Part shown: positions 24,301 to 30,305 of the stretch, in pieces
Layout of the letters: each line of letters begins with the position of its first letter
How positions within the stretch are numbered: position 1 is the stretch's first letter
IMG/VR virus record: IMGVR_UViG_2061766007_000941
Span: 5,679 to 69,678 of that record
DNA from: a virus
Lineage: Duplodnaviria; Caudoviricetes
Direction: 5' to 3' (one strand)
Length of the DNA stretch: 64,000 nt
Program-made: the position numbers and the translations under genes
Notes under the pieces: model-generated
Database searches by the model: none
Told to the model about the DNA's origin: nothing
Seen by the model: the letters and a program-made list of their open reading frames with translations, nothing else

Positions 24301-25072
24301 GTGGAAATAAATTTTGAACTTTATCTGCATCCATGTCATCAATCTCTTTGCCTACAAGGTTAGCAAGCTGAGTTTCTCTAATATCTGAATGTGCATATTG
24401 TCCAGCTAATCTAGCTTGGTGATAATTCTCAGCAGCTTGTTTAACTTGTGACATTAAGTAGTTATTAGTAAATGGGTTCGAGAAGTCATTGTTCAAGAAC
24501 TTATTTTGCCAGTAAGCTACACTAGTTACATCGTAACCCATAGTTGCAAGGATATCTCTACCATATGCTTCCATTAAGGCATCATCATATGAGATTTTTC
24601 CCTCGTCTACTTGCTTGAAGATTTGATCATATCTTTCTTGAGCTAGTAGTTCTTCATGTGCATACTCATAACCTGGTAATGGAGAGCCTCCTTGGTTGAT
24701 GTAGTTTGTGTAAGTATCTGTGTAGTTACCATTTTCGTCCATCAAGTTAAGTTTGGACATTATCTCATCTCTAGTAGTGAACCCATTAGAGAACTCTGAT
24801 TTCTCTAGGTCTACTGGTTTTGAGATTTTCAATGTAGGTTCTGTGATGGTAGGTATACCAGCAAGAACATTATCCATTGCTTGTTGTCTACTAAAGTTAG
24901 ATTCCTCTTCTAACTTTGTGACTTGTTTCTCTATTTGGTCCTGTTGTGTTTTGTTCGGAGCAAACCCAAGATTAATATCTGTGGTTGTGTCCGTGTTGAT
25001 GTTTACTGCCGCTAGGTTATTGTTATCATCCACTTGGATATTACCTAAGCCAGTAATGTCATTAGATTTCAT
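9359..25072 (-). CDS. Giant (~5,240 aa) polyvalent protein: putative virion-packaged two-barrel RNA polymerase with DEDDh exonuclease
   Basis: ORF track 9359..25114; the RBS GGAAGGAGG favours the start at 25072. LGSRDFDGDH at nt 16001-16015; GYKIATDIGGKGVV at ~14447-14488; FDTET/GYN..EAD/HSGLYD exonuclease motifs at ~17210-17780; hydrophobic Gly/Ala segments near both ends. Confidence 0.72.
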   Translation of the reverse strand: MKSNDITGLGNIQVDDNNNLAAVNINTDTTTDINLGFAPNKTQQDQIEKQVTKLEEESNFSRQQAMDNVLAGIPTITEPTLKISKPVDLEKSEFSNGFTTRDEIMSKLNLMDENGNYTDTYTNYINQGGSPLPGYEYAHEELLAQERYDQIFKQVDEGKISYDDALMEAYGRDILATMGYDVTSVAYWQNKFLNNDFSNPFTNNYLMSQVKQAAENYHQARLAGQYAHSDIRETQLANLVGKEIDDMDADKVQNLFPQMENFKENLSDEDFFKALHNGSIAAQARMTQDSTGTYYYLHTDGKLYVLDGKGGEGHGTLKQKADGSFEGIDLNNNGLVSFGRSASSGFAKVFTGIADLGLIALNTIESAVPISAVFGGDAGFWDGIDSDDFFEWSNSFDGWLNDDVPWLVDTGYVDLDSSVSGQDVANFIGSMAGTIAGTMTLAGIIGAVGDAGTATSAATKGTGLMGWGQRLEASGHTIGGKIVKGTGTVLKWQTGNIGTNTGAMAHGPINATKDLLAGNWKSANLQVWGRRFGAAFVANSKNMLNDTRKNITTAHLYEEGASDLDIFKRSVVTNSINLAIDTFISGGMDDNQFQAYFGRDAGVFSDTAQKAWAKQVHRLITQKTSEGLKQELSNNVKGTLKKYLLSRAGVIAFNSAADFAGNMLTGSISGLSGLDENGKLKDFNIAKAVGEGLSFENVARSAINTLWYSTRSQIKEWNAGLETIGRSHTQLLSKFDSEIANAKGEKQAALIEVKNKYIRDLEQAPDAVSYEGKILYAMDQLSEGLKKPGEDVPKILREVLDESRITAERDRLKEIYKNAELIYASKLARIEKYSNPADFEKPSLISVFTSPLKSIKRGADFLTGVSGDKKTFQAQEVKNSSFDATIEQLKNVIVGQEYENYIKKAQEVIGDKVSGKDLISQTGYTMAKKNEALFEKLKEQDPTAANNQYLYLPNSGERTQDYKANEIALDISADLGYLQKIDLNGEVVYKVQPYFDQIDYLNTSTVNTLIHQSILALTTKASKADKIEIINNLSKGLMDTNVTEGQKTAVISSILHKLSTVESEGKNSNNKPFITPKQAGEIFLGLSAKGYIAKVDLKNVKDTKATAAYNYLTTMSDVLLKVQKDKVSQIDLTDPVVMQVFTDLKKSGELSEESYNKIMKAVKENPEAFQNGSLSSKVKFIESQMDDRFKNMLPKNLDLSRLNEGSKPEDIAAYLYEVGNYKEESLDDFKKTDVYKSIIDFAKQYDDIYDNGKTITMEGNKIYIDLNTFRGKTTQDFTDYLFRVGSSNIKNIGNAKEYAKYESDLYNDMNKLTQWSKQNSSLIMFDLDTNPEDYINFMREFGYDVAGKNPQEIKQLTGHIKGVKSFTGNTVVLNVPRVNNIEELKDQLATKSSITIGKLTYDLNNKIFEDMKGNKLQTIDIERAILDQVELKNIDPKLQLTLKEAPLLQLIPFEKSKDGKYNFSMPIAQAMLGNVENLRKLSGKLAGQTGKDLTYLLTKSAGSPVKYNSQLENYFICELLVDNIFKSDYTNIRLSKDEVKWLEDNNYADGHRATSKKYADNIWKVSGRTLSNGNDSYYLELKPGITKDKVMDYVVSENFNIHKLIPLQLQELKEQGEQGIIDAFATHTTEGLKQALPGHNRETGFDILNMRLPWDDEENSRYVKFLNEVINKEGDFNPIEGAGYVREDVSHETFEDWYEYAKTSKNPYDIMTKLYVDAFNELTHQSDSSEYENHRILIKNKTTRNILLDSITENGGKVTTELVNKLKAYFEPITDGERRVYGTPNSKSTIPGYYVGKAGNPDETYVSSERMAAALGSWDNVEVKGDTAWVNMKTVQDAVDMIKSIMTQEDNQYRQAFFTEHVVTKYVEDDPTRLLKGIIGNDGYIPIQDIDEVADMLAENYKQAMDNRDVSFKVKETLIPTLKELWGSKYNDVVDSIFAEAKKHTKLAQKQMEVSQKHVVNNGPSLVDDAYAGIGSLPVKVGDEYINAKDGLDSDHNRMFKYIQNSIADIDDDKTKAFNKLINTSEDLLDNEFYDTLTNGILEDRNLYTSAPYASDVERYSYAHNAMGHMKTVLNTFDELKETFKDANTEELMHTAATLVNLHQGVEYAGETANYFIVKNGSLKDGNTDLLDKYSSANYNDLLFNLHKAKEELKGCTIIKADSQDIGNTAALKLSYMNLDENFDDFVTDLYRHFIMDNSYYLRRGTEYKDVTQLEQDIFGGNINPERVQELLNKVPVDNLSSIQRNRRIYDIFRERAEVAHISKGEFFNLMKDGDPVTMNSAVRDAVENSIDTVDEYRTNNKAVRSLVNLSYGLGNIDNMTPERRQLVTDIKNAINLIEEDGKNYTPQEQAERLILKSLVDKEDAPTIDFLVRDRSLLDMKKEYESNDLKDGFTINYDNDKPARLNTKELLDLVKSFDDNTIQSKYNTIVSFDTETSLKMDAKDYDEGVFNIGVNVKTRTKDGWETKHYNIFVNYESNNMTEAAKTKLREQWIKDNIDFNSSFYKDNKGYRDTVEMYKNIYDHIDDSTLYLKPSEVKEFFNEYAKEGSILLGYNTTEADVPWMKTGNMFDDELLSKFTHVDVKTLSDNSQAIETKNSGKKDIRAEEFELINQGAHSGLYDADVTQDMFAKVVNATFNLKSIRDFLYLDLKKTLDENNIKLSDDQLESVLRKVDDKIKDAQLKQPSLKDYFDYDKSITTDTVTAATDIFEYMMNKRYAATAYAIKDQQVMDNYLSSKALQSLSDNKQLVINKLWSYAKANDIPKDKFINAIRIEMKSSGTDMNSLLETLGNEARVERIMTNLGIDPSQIEDEVATYKLFDTDPYKDKDLDPKQFQKYKALKNNKDFVDTFHEITKALRFSNTADEQDFLSDMATICSFRNGVNPKDLLGNDIKLINTKISNMYMDYLRNNYGDVDAVIAQSKKGLYDLIDALPVGKEINTGANNAVVADSSMVVLSPNQFRNLMGREYDPIKDAELYSQLLIHPADANDKILPRRIVVDTTLKGNYMLVPETVIETLGSRDFDGDHLILLKPEDYTQDVLKLYTNEKYKVHNIQENVLDYLRSNGVYYDGYKEKNLIINTIGKDEQIIKLCKDADALLEKGIIPNEKTFLDKTEEFTDYIAKNYPEADIKKVLKDLWLVATDFDIELDEKGKYKVKGFVEKTLYEDTGSVAPIRYINNPAIYASDTNREVTLNGKTYSVPVTFSGQERLRAEDSQLVNKYLYNFIDQTTGVNEKYAINKLKNKTINNAWTDLLAAGIYGSNTVAKYFDNIDPNNKELIDGLGDRIIEAVSKSYKGSPYYSDIENIMKPSINEMTKDLENGYISAAFNKYDQMLRRIEEAQLTSMDPTGLNEALMSDKMIQQYAIMQDRIKATQKNIELYNELAKTQFYLPSDNSLYGQAVDYNLNSLINKLVTDNSDSYNKNIFRDSKPVKAFVITHYGKSETPIGIGEDTVLINNKGKDKENQLAGYTLKKYTIGPKDKLANLEIGKYYKAGTKITTGKNPMTLNRLSRIAGAKGNTVYVQQIDFLDNGYKIATDIGGKGVVNGTFSTDADVSILLNKPDPSKLSIGSNKAMDTTETAITLRDSNGKKITAYGFYTEATPKIVEDTHAWEKDRERNVDALHVVMNANTINSFFMFGGKIEDGKLVTNPEDYADLRNSVWKPYKDVQNENFLGVYNRAKISYIINRLTDKELQDAFHTTMDANKLRHNLTNNMYLATDKYTSIAYTLGLKFKDKIDDPIGERLFSEAGLALLGDYGRSRAEGTDPFGAYSKNDITSQTNMNADGSTNLSTYKGRTVHLSPDEMNVGKGMTNHEDYYLSPYDFFTLLNGGVSSINSYKVKEMYKQGLLPYSTFVENTANMENNFRNWSSKYTTQDNELQKFIPQSQSRKTGLVTNKADRLGYRPVEVSLTEPETKEVNNTRQQGISPELINLMISGETDLKGNYAKVAMMLYQLQNLNPTDTIEQKRLDLSDSKKLYQIYDSHLAVQWGDDGKPNIVLSKNVPITGTLKELQQQTKNTVWNYSTYNALRNSRVNSETLDAKALDENINKDRYRMSTKKYDKELDNIYSSLKNDLIDERTGEVKDNFKVSDYNTESKIAPARILSGGEESVLEKSVWGRQGLKEDTELGAELTVAMKNQSAGALYIEQEPMAILNNFKQIAMSRMSDNEIKEYTVCQALFNAREDSSINEALKYHGYNNLNEVAEKLQHFDQMYPEVGAAFKQHLESLKNLSAMVSKETGEPLEHCLMGMIAPYKSTSKSYNQAKAASAIKNALGLQRFNPVSQENKQASTLEFDLWNSSESIIKELSKMHSAKVIKDTLINGDMLKNDTLLDGVSNLLDKVVSESDDKTYLRDNPAAKEIQEQTLNVINDLTGMEFATGVDKTTFKQYRDMYSKVDMRLDLLIDKFIETTNRSDLRSYTDFERVANDSNETLEVKNSAKTIANFYYAKMLIGQSMIQSSTDFANRMGSYIEALKQDGYSLVNAYGQKYVKGGVVNPWSSSSMANLVENMEISYNSYNDTMWNQFILEKIISGDIYLMRNDIADHLESHIYTTKIPNNTMKTLKEISKWSSALQMALPSKILNRLISFTGFDYSMGIMYDPNTIKYMGPARRELLAAFQSKGTQMSDELKEYMMREGQPIGLTGKDPVTFSEDISGPDKVMRVLNTLTDPLEFQNHLGRYAIYLAAKESFDNGKPNYGPMYFAKDAIDSLDNNADKAMMVMDYMLGSPGGFPELSKKTSGLMLYATFPMNFARTMGAYGMSLGKLFKEGFTSDNADQWIKTAAVPSMGLAGITGLSMLITSWICDLFGIEEDEKDKMVKELSTIDLVGTVISGSPQKSGSSMNPVENVNSMFIEPFTNPYNKTLLEKIFGAVNTNITSHLNPAIKVPVEVMSGYDIYGSSLMNTKYQYDRIENGMRKVLGFVIGSNTANSIVDQYKFDKYSDDSTFTSSLMKGARRGIASSLGNQKTYKKDTTNYYNRLTDLKNYKYKLSDGTYSDEVEDYIEADSMERIRNTKSRYGSYNKDDYQEMNNMLKKMLKNKVEPATVYAYIISQYNNGVSETTIKSVLNNHSIVRKLESLTDKQAYFNTLNSKEYKDLLRAIQYENEFYPLLQELFPNKKSTSVYLPKRTKYYNKTYSGSGSSYPKSYYPKKAPYVTYYPNNGYNNKKVQFNKPYGSINKINVEVSPQMGVWKNDYNETQSLNTYNKNKNQGPVKLLDQEESYINNPYYNNLSDYQKRKKVS

Positions 25073-25122
25073 ATATTTCCTCCTTCCACTCTCGGTGGTC
25101 ATTTGGATTACCATCCAATTAA

Positions 25123-25131
25123 ATTATATCA
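25123..25131 (-). promoter_or_regulatory. Extended -10 (TGaTATAAT) upstream of the giant gene
   Basis: Overlaps the stop of the 57-aa ORF; followed by two short hairpins and the RBS. Confidence 0.5.
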
Positions 25132-25302
25132 TTTCTTTGTCTTCTTGGCTATTATACTCTGTATTTGAGCCATGGATAACCAATGTCGTTTTCCGGTCTT
25201 ATCTGTAAGCCTCCATCTAGGAGTCTTGCGTGATTGGTCTGGTTGTATTTCTCTGTATACTTTACCATCATGATAAAGATAACCCTTGCCGAATGTGATC
25301 AT
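25129..25302 (-). CDS. Small basic protein, 57 aa (MITFGKGYLYHDGKVYREIQ...IIAKKTKK), not in ORF track
   Basis: AGGAGG-5nt-ATG, open 174 nt, promoter 25 nt upstream. Confidence 0.75.
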   Translation of the reverse strand: MITFGKGYLYHDGKVYREIQPDQSRKTPRWRLTDKTGKRHWLSMAQIQSIIAKKTKK

Positions 25303-25327
25303 GTTAACCTCCTCTCTCTATATATTT

Positions 25328-25356
25328 AGTATAGCACTTCTGTCCACTGAAGTAAA
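25328..25356 (-). promoter_or_regulatory. SigmaA-type leftward promoter
   Basis: TTTACT-17-TATACT with TGc extension; spacer contains the GTGGACA half-site. Confidence 0.6.
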
Positions 25357-25363
25357 CGAAAAG

Positions 25364-25400
25364 TGGGAAAAATTGTCCCCATTGGGAAAAATTGTCCCCA
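25364..25400. repeat. Tandem 18-bp quasi-palindrome TGGGAAAAATTGTCCCCA x2
   Basis: Exact copies at 25364-25381 and 25383-25400; related copies at 26667-26687 and 26709-26719. Confidence 0.85.
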
Positions 25401-26017
25401 GTCCTATAAGTGGGAACGAGAGCCCCAAAATTTTCGTGAGGTGTGCCGAAACGAATATATAATAGGGTAAAGTACCATTTTGATTATAATCTATTATAAA
25501 TATTCAATAATACTATAGGGGGTAGGTGTTGTGGTTGTTACTATTATAAAGAGTGATGAAAAACACTAACAGAACCAAACAACAACACACAAACTATTAT
25601 TTTAATAGCCGTATTATAAATATAGTTTCCGTTTCCTTAACAACATAGTATAAAAACCCTAACAAATTATATATTCTAAACGCAGAACCGAGCGAGCGTA
25701 GCGAGCGATAAAGCCTCACGGCGTTTGAGTGGCGAACTTTGAATGAGCGTAAGATGATGGCATTAGGAGTCGCAAAGAAAGATTCGCTGAGCTAACGGAT
25801 GCCCTCTCTGTTCCGAACCCTATCGAGATGGCCGAACTTTGAACGGAAGCGATGGTCAAGACAAGAGGAAACCCGCGATCACTTGATCCAGTAGATGTAG
25901 ATATCGATTAATGATAGATAAATATTGCTAGTCGATATGTGCACCTAATGGTGTACACCAGGTAGTTCCTGGAAGGTAGTCCGCTGTATTAACAGCAAAG
26001 GAAGAGGAGATGATATT

Positions 26018-26314
26018 ATGACTACATTAAAACTAAAGAGAGAATGGTGCTTAGTACTTGGCATCATGATCGGAGGAGCAGCTATGTTAGCTGGTGTGAG
26101 TCTAGGTAACTGGCTAGCTACTCAACGAGAGGAGGTGAATCGTGAGTACCACGAGCGTGTGGAAAAGTATGTGAGCTGCATTCGTGAGCAAGACGAAACA
26201 CGAGGATGGATAATTAGAAGCGAGTGTAGTTCTGATTGGAAGGAACTAGACCGTGAGTCTGGTTTAACTTACCACCAAGTTGGTAGGGATTTATATTTGA
26301 ACCACGAAAACTAA
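26018..26314 (+). CDS. Small membrane protein in the GC-richer patch
   Basis: GAGGAG RBS; N-terminal TM helix WCLVLGIMIGGAAMLAGVSLG. Confidence 0.55.
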   Translation: MTTLKLKREWCLVLGIMIGGAAMLAGVSLGNWLATQREEVNREYHERVEKYVSCIREQDETRGWIIRSECSSDWKELDRESGLTYHQVGRDLYLNHEN

Positions 26315-26423
26315 TACGACTATTAAGCGTGTGGACGGTTGTGTGTCGTGTCGTGTGTGTTGCGTGCGTGTGGTGTGCTAAGAACCTGGGAAAAAACGCC
26401 CCATTTCCCTGACACGAGTGTAA

Positions 26424-26663
26424 AGTACACAAGTGTGGACAAATGCGAAATTCAAAATCTGAATCAAGTGTATTAAACTTTTTATTCTTACTAATTTTTC
26501 TCAATTATTTTTGAATTTATTAAATGTCCACACTGAGTGGACAAGCTATAAAGCCCCATTCCACCTAGGTTTCTACTATAGTGTACAACAAAAACTACAA
26601 AATCTCTCCACACCTGTGGTCCACTAAGCACCCCCCATCCTTATTGGTCCACACCTATGGACA
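26424..26663. promoter_or_regulatory. Cluster of five TGTCCAC-N4(5)-GTGGACA-like palindromes
   Basis: 26424-26441, 26525-26543, 26570-26587, 26605-26622, 26646-26663. Confidence 0.7.
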
Positions 26664-26777
26664 AAATGGGAAAAATTTTCCCACTTTACCACCATAAAGT
26701 GTAAAGTAATGGGGACAATCCGCCCCACTAATAGGTTAAGTTACACCTACCAAAAGACAACTAGAAAGGAGAAAGGT

Positions 26778-26927
26778 ATGACAGAAACAGAATACATGGG
26801 TTATGTCTATCGTCTACATTTCTTAGAATCTCTTTTAGAACAACCCACCCTACCATCTCATTATACAAGAGAGTCTATAGAAAAAGAGATAAAAGAAATT
26901 AGACACAAATTAGGTAGAGATGAATAA
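26778..26927 (+). CDS. Hypothetical protein, first gene of the plus-strand operon (start MTETEY)
   Basis: GAAAGGAG RBS upstream of ATG 26778. Confidence 0.6.
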   Translation: MTETEYMGYVYRLHFLESLLEQPTLPSHYTRESIEKEIKEIRHKLGRDE

Positions 26928-27348
26928 GATCTACATTGATATGGATGGTACATTAACACCTTATGATTATGCAGATTATAAAGATGATAAGTGGAAACAC
27001 CATCCATCTATTTTATGTAAGCCACCTATCATTACAAATATTCCCCCAGACTTTGTGATACTAACATGTGTTGCAACAACAAGGGAAGCTATATTGAAAA
27101 AGAGCTGGGCTAAGCATTACTTCCCAAATAACCAATTTATTACTTGCTTCTCATCTAAGTATAAGGAAGTAAACCCTCAAGATTCCATACTGATAGATGA
27201 TTATAATAAGAATCTGGATGAATGGAAAGCTGCTGGTGGTATACCTATTAAGTTTCTTAATGGTATTAACTCACCTAGAAAAGATATGCTTTGTGTACGA
27301 GCAATAGAAGGTACACTAGAAAGATGTGATTTAAATGACAATTATTAA
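26920..27348 (+). CDS. HAD-family 5'(3')-deoxyribonucleotidase-like protein
   Basis: IYIDMDGTL motif I; ILIDDYxxN-x-xEW motif IV. Confidence 0.8.
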   Translation: MNKIYIDMDGTLTPYDYADYKDDKWKHHPSILCKPPIITNIPPDFVILTCVATTREAILKKSWAKHYFPNNQFITCFSSKYKEVNPQDSILIDDYNKNLDEWKAAGGIPIKFLNGINSPRKDMLCVRAIEGTLERCDLNDNY

Positions 27349-27473
27349 TATTTACAATAATAAAAGGAGAAAGACACCATTAATTATTTATCCTATAACT
27401 AATTTATTTTTCATGCCTATGGTGTTATCTCATTATTCAAAGAAATATCCTAAAGGAAGAATGGAGGTTACTC

Positions 27474-28667
27474 ATGCGTAAGTTATCTAAGAAACAAAAA
27501 CAATTTATAGAAAAGAAAGCTAAAGTTCAATCTTCTCTAACTGCTCAAGATAAACTCGAGCTTGAGAAGATGAATGATTATGAAACATTATATCAAGATG
27601 CTGATAGATATTTTGATGATATCAGAATCTCTTTAGTGTTTCATCGTGCATTAAATCCTATGCAAGCAAAGATTGGAAAGGAGTGGGATTAATGAAACAT
27701 ACTAGAATATTTATTGGAGTACTTTCTTTACTAGGAAGTATTGGTTGTTTTTATAATTTATTAACAGGCAATGGTGATGTTAGAATTGCTATTCTTTGTA
27801 TCGCTATTGCTACTGGTTTCTTATTAACTACTAGACAAGATAGAATACTTGACATGAAGTCTGATGCATTCTTACTTATTACTTTATCTAAATGTCTAGA
27901 TAGATTATCTGATGAACAACAAAAAGAAATAGCTGAAGAAGTTTCAGAAGAATTAAAGAAAGAAGGATTATTATAATGGCTATGGTTACTTATGATGATG
28001 AAGGTAATATGTATGTGGATGAAGTTTTTCCAGATGACCCTGTTAGAACTGTGTCTGATAATACATTACTGGATGAATCAACAACAATTATTATTAAAGG
28101 ACTCTTTGCATGTGCTGAAGAGTCTACATTAATAGATGATTATAAAAAGATTGCTATTAATGTGCATGATCACAATTGTGGTAGGATGATTTATACCTAT
28201 GTGCCTAAGAGAGCACTTAACTTTTTAGTTAAACACAATCCTTATACTTTTACTGCTCATTACTTTGAGCATCCTACTAGAGTTAAAACTTATACAACTG
28301 TGGTTACATCTATATTAGATATGAATGGTAATGAAATTTTATAGGAGGTATTAATATGAAAATTTTTAAATGTCCATTATGTCATGAAACATTAAATGAT
28401 ATTGGAGTAGTTTCTAAAGCTACTCATACATTCAACATTGAGTCTGCAGAATATTCTTCTATAGATAATATAGAGGAAACAATAGAATATTATTGTCCTG
28501 CATGTGGAGATACTTTACCTTTCTCCTTCACTGATGATTTTATTAAAGAGGTTGAAGAAGAGAAAAGGTATACTCCATCAGCCTTTGACTTAGAGGATTA
28601 TATCCCTAAGCATGCAGAGTATATTCCTAAACACATGAAGGAGGATAACGATGACAAGAATATGTAG
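27474..28667 (+). CDS. Four small hypothetical genes (27474-27692; membrane protein 27692-27976; 27976-28344; Zn-ribbon 28356-28667)
   Basis: Tiled ORFs with RBSs; two TM helices in the second; CPLC...CPAC in the fourth. Confidence 0.6.
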
Positions 28668-29097
28668 TGATTGTGGTTTAGAATTCTCTGGCAGAGCTAG
28701 TAATATATGTCAAAGATGTTATCAATATTATCGCAGACATCCCGAAGGTAAGTATCCTATACCTGAGGATGGTGTTATTACTTATGCTGACAATGGTGAT
28801 ATAGTCTGCCACGAATGTGGTAAGGCTTATCCTAAGTTAATACAACATGTTTATTATACACATCATATGTCACACAATGAATATTGTGATAAACATAAGT
28901 TTTTACATAACACTAAGTTCACAGCTGTGGATTATCAAGATAAGATGAGAACATATTCTACCCTTTATGCTGATAAAGTTATTAAAGATAACTTACTTAT
29001 TAAGGGGCAGTCGACTAGGTTTATACCTGGTCAAGATGTTTCAGGTCGAGGACATCATATTAAGAAAGGTGGTGATTTAAATGAGGATGAATCCTAA
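28651..29097 (+). CDS. Zinc-finger protein with MucR/Ros-like finger
   Basis: N-terminal CxxC..CxxC then IVCHECGKAYPKLIQHVYYTHHMSHNEY, resembling the MucR CxxCGKxFKxLxxHLxxxHGMTPEEY pattern. Confidence 0.55.
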   Translation: MTRICSDCGLEFSGRASNICQRCYQYYRRHPEGKYPIPEDGVITYADNGDIVCHECGKAYPKLIQHVYYTHHMSHNEYCDKHKFLHNTKFTAVDYQDKMRTYSTLYADKVIKDNLLIKGQSTRFIPGQDVSGRGHHIKKGGDLNEDES

Positions 29098-30304
29098 TAT
29101 CTTGAATGAAGGTAATTCTATGGAAGTCTTAGAATATAATGAAGACGAAATGAAAACTATCGTCAGATGTAACAACTGTGGAAAGCCTACACCTTATGGT
29201 TCTACTAGAATGTGTAGTGGTTTTGTAGGTTGTGACAATAAGATAATAGTTAATGGTAAAGAAGTTGAATGTTACTTTGGAGATTTATTACCTAGAGTAA
29301 TGGACTACAAAGAAAATAACTATGCCTTATATATGTCAGGCAAAGTTTATCGTTGGCGTGATAATGCTGACGGTGGTTTGAAAGGAGAATAAATAATGTT
29401 ACATATGTTTAATGTTCCAATGGCTACTAGAGTTAAGCACAAAGTTAAACACCAACATATTGGTGGTAAGAAAATTCTTATTGAAGGCTGGACTACTATA
29501 GGAGATATTATAGATTGTCCAGTGTCACAATTAAATATTGCACAAATTAATTTCATTCAAAGAAGAATTGATTTAATTGCAGATGACTTTTCTGATTCTG
29601 TAATTGTTTACTATGGTCATGTCAAAGGCTTAGGTTATCTCGTTGCTGAGGATGAGATTCGTTGCAATAAAATATTTAAAACTATTATTGAGAAAGGAGG
29701 TGAATAATATGTTTAAGATTCAACCATCAGCTCATGGATACATAGCTACATTAGAAAAGACTGGTGACAGATATTTCTGTGGTCATATTAAACCTACACA
29801 AGGTTATCCTAAGAAAGCTAAGTATCCTTATAAAGCTGATATTAGTTTAATGAAGATGGAACCAGATTCTACTGGTGTTAATCAAATGACATTCCATCGT
29901 TTAAGTAGAGGTAATGCTCAAGCTAGAGCTATTATCTCAGCAATAACTCCAGAGTTATGTGCTTATTTAGATAGAGAAGCTGCTATTGCTGCAGCTGTTA
30001 AACAAGAAGAGGAAGAAAAGTATACTCTTCTAGAACAAAATTTAGATGATATAATAGAAGGAGAATAATTATGAAAAAACATTTAAAAGAATTATCTAAT
30101 TTAAAGAAAGAACTTAATAGTTTAACTATTGATATTGATAGAATAAAATACTTTGAAAAGGATCCTTACATTTCTAAGAGTGCTAGTTGGATGGCTAGAC
30201 AAAACAGATTATCTTTAGAAGCTTTAAAAGCTGAGAAAGAAAAGAGATGCCAACAACTAGAATTCATTAAGAAATTAATAGACCTTTTAGATAAGGAGGC
30301 TTAG
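29081..30304 (+). CDS. Four hypothetical genes (29081-29392 Cys-containing; 29396-29707; 29709-30068; 30071-30304)
   Basis: Tiled ORFs with RBSs; the third most likely starts at ATG 29709 (AGAAAGGAGG RBS). Confidence 0.6.
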
Positions 30305-30305
30305 T

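Noticed and set aside
4093-25208. Many plus-strand ORFs of 60-150 aa opposite structural genes (e.g. 7259-7567, 24753-25208)
   Set aside because: Antisense shadows of long minus-strand genes; Ser/Leu/Phe-rich, no RBS.
26214-26504. Minus-strand 96-aa ORF across the GT tract
   Set aside because: His/Thr low complexity arises from the repeat; no RBS; overlaps the better-supported plus ORF.
25360-26720. Repeats considered as a CRISPR array
   Set aside because: Copies are short, degenerate and irregularly spaced; the Cas4-like nuclease at 54406 is a routine phage replication exonuclease.
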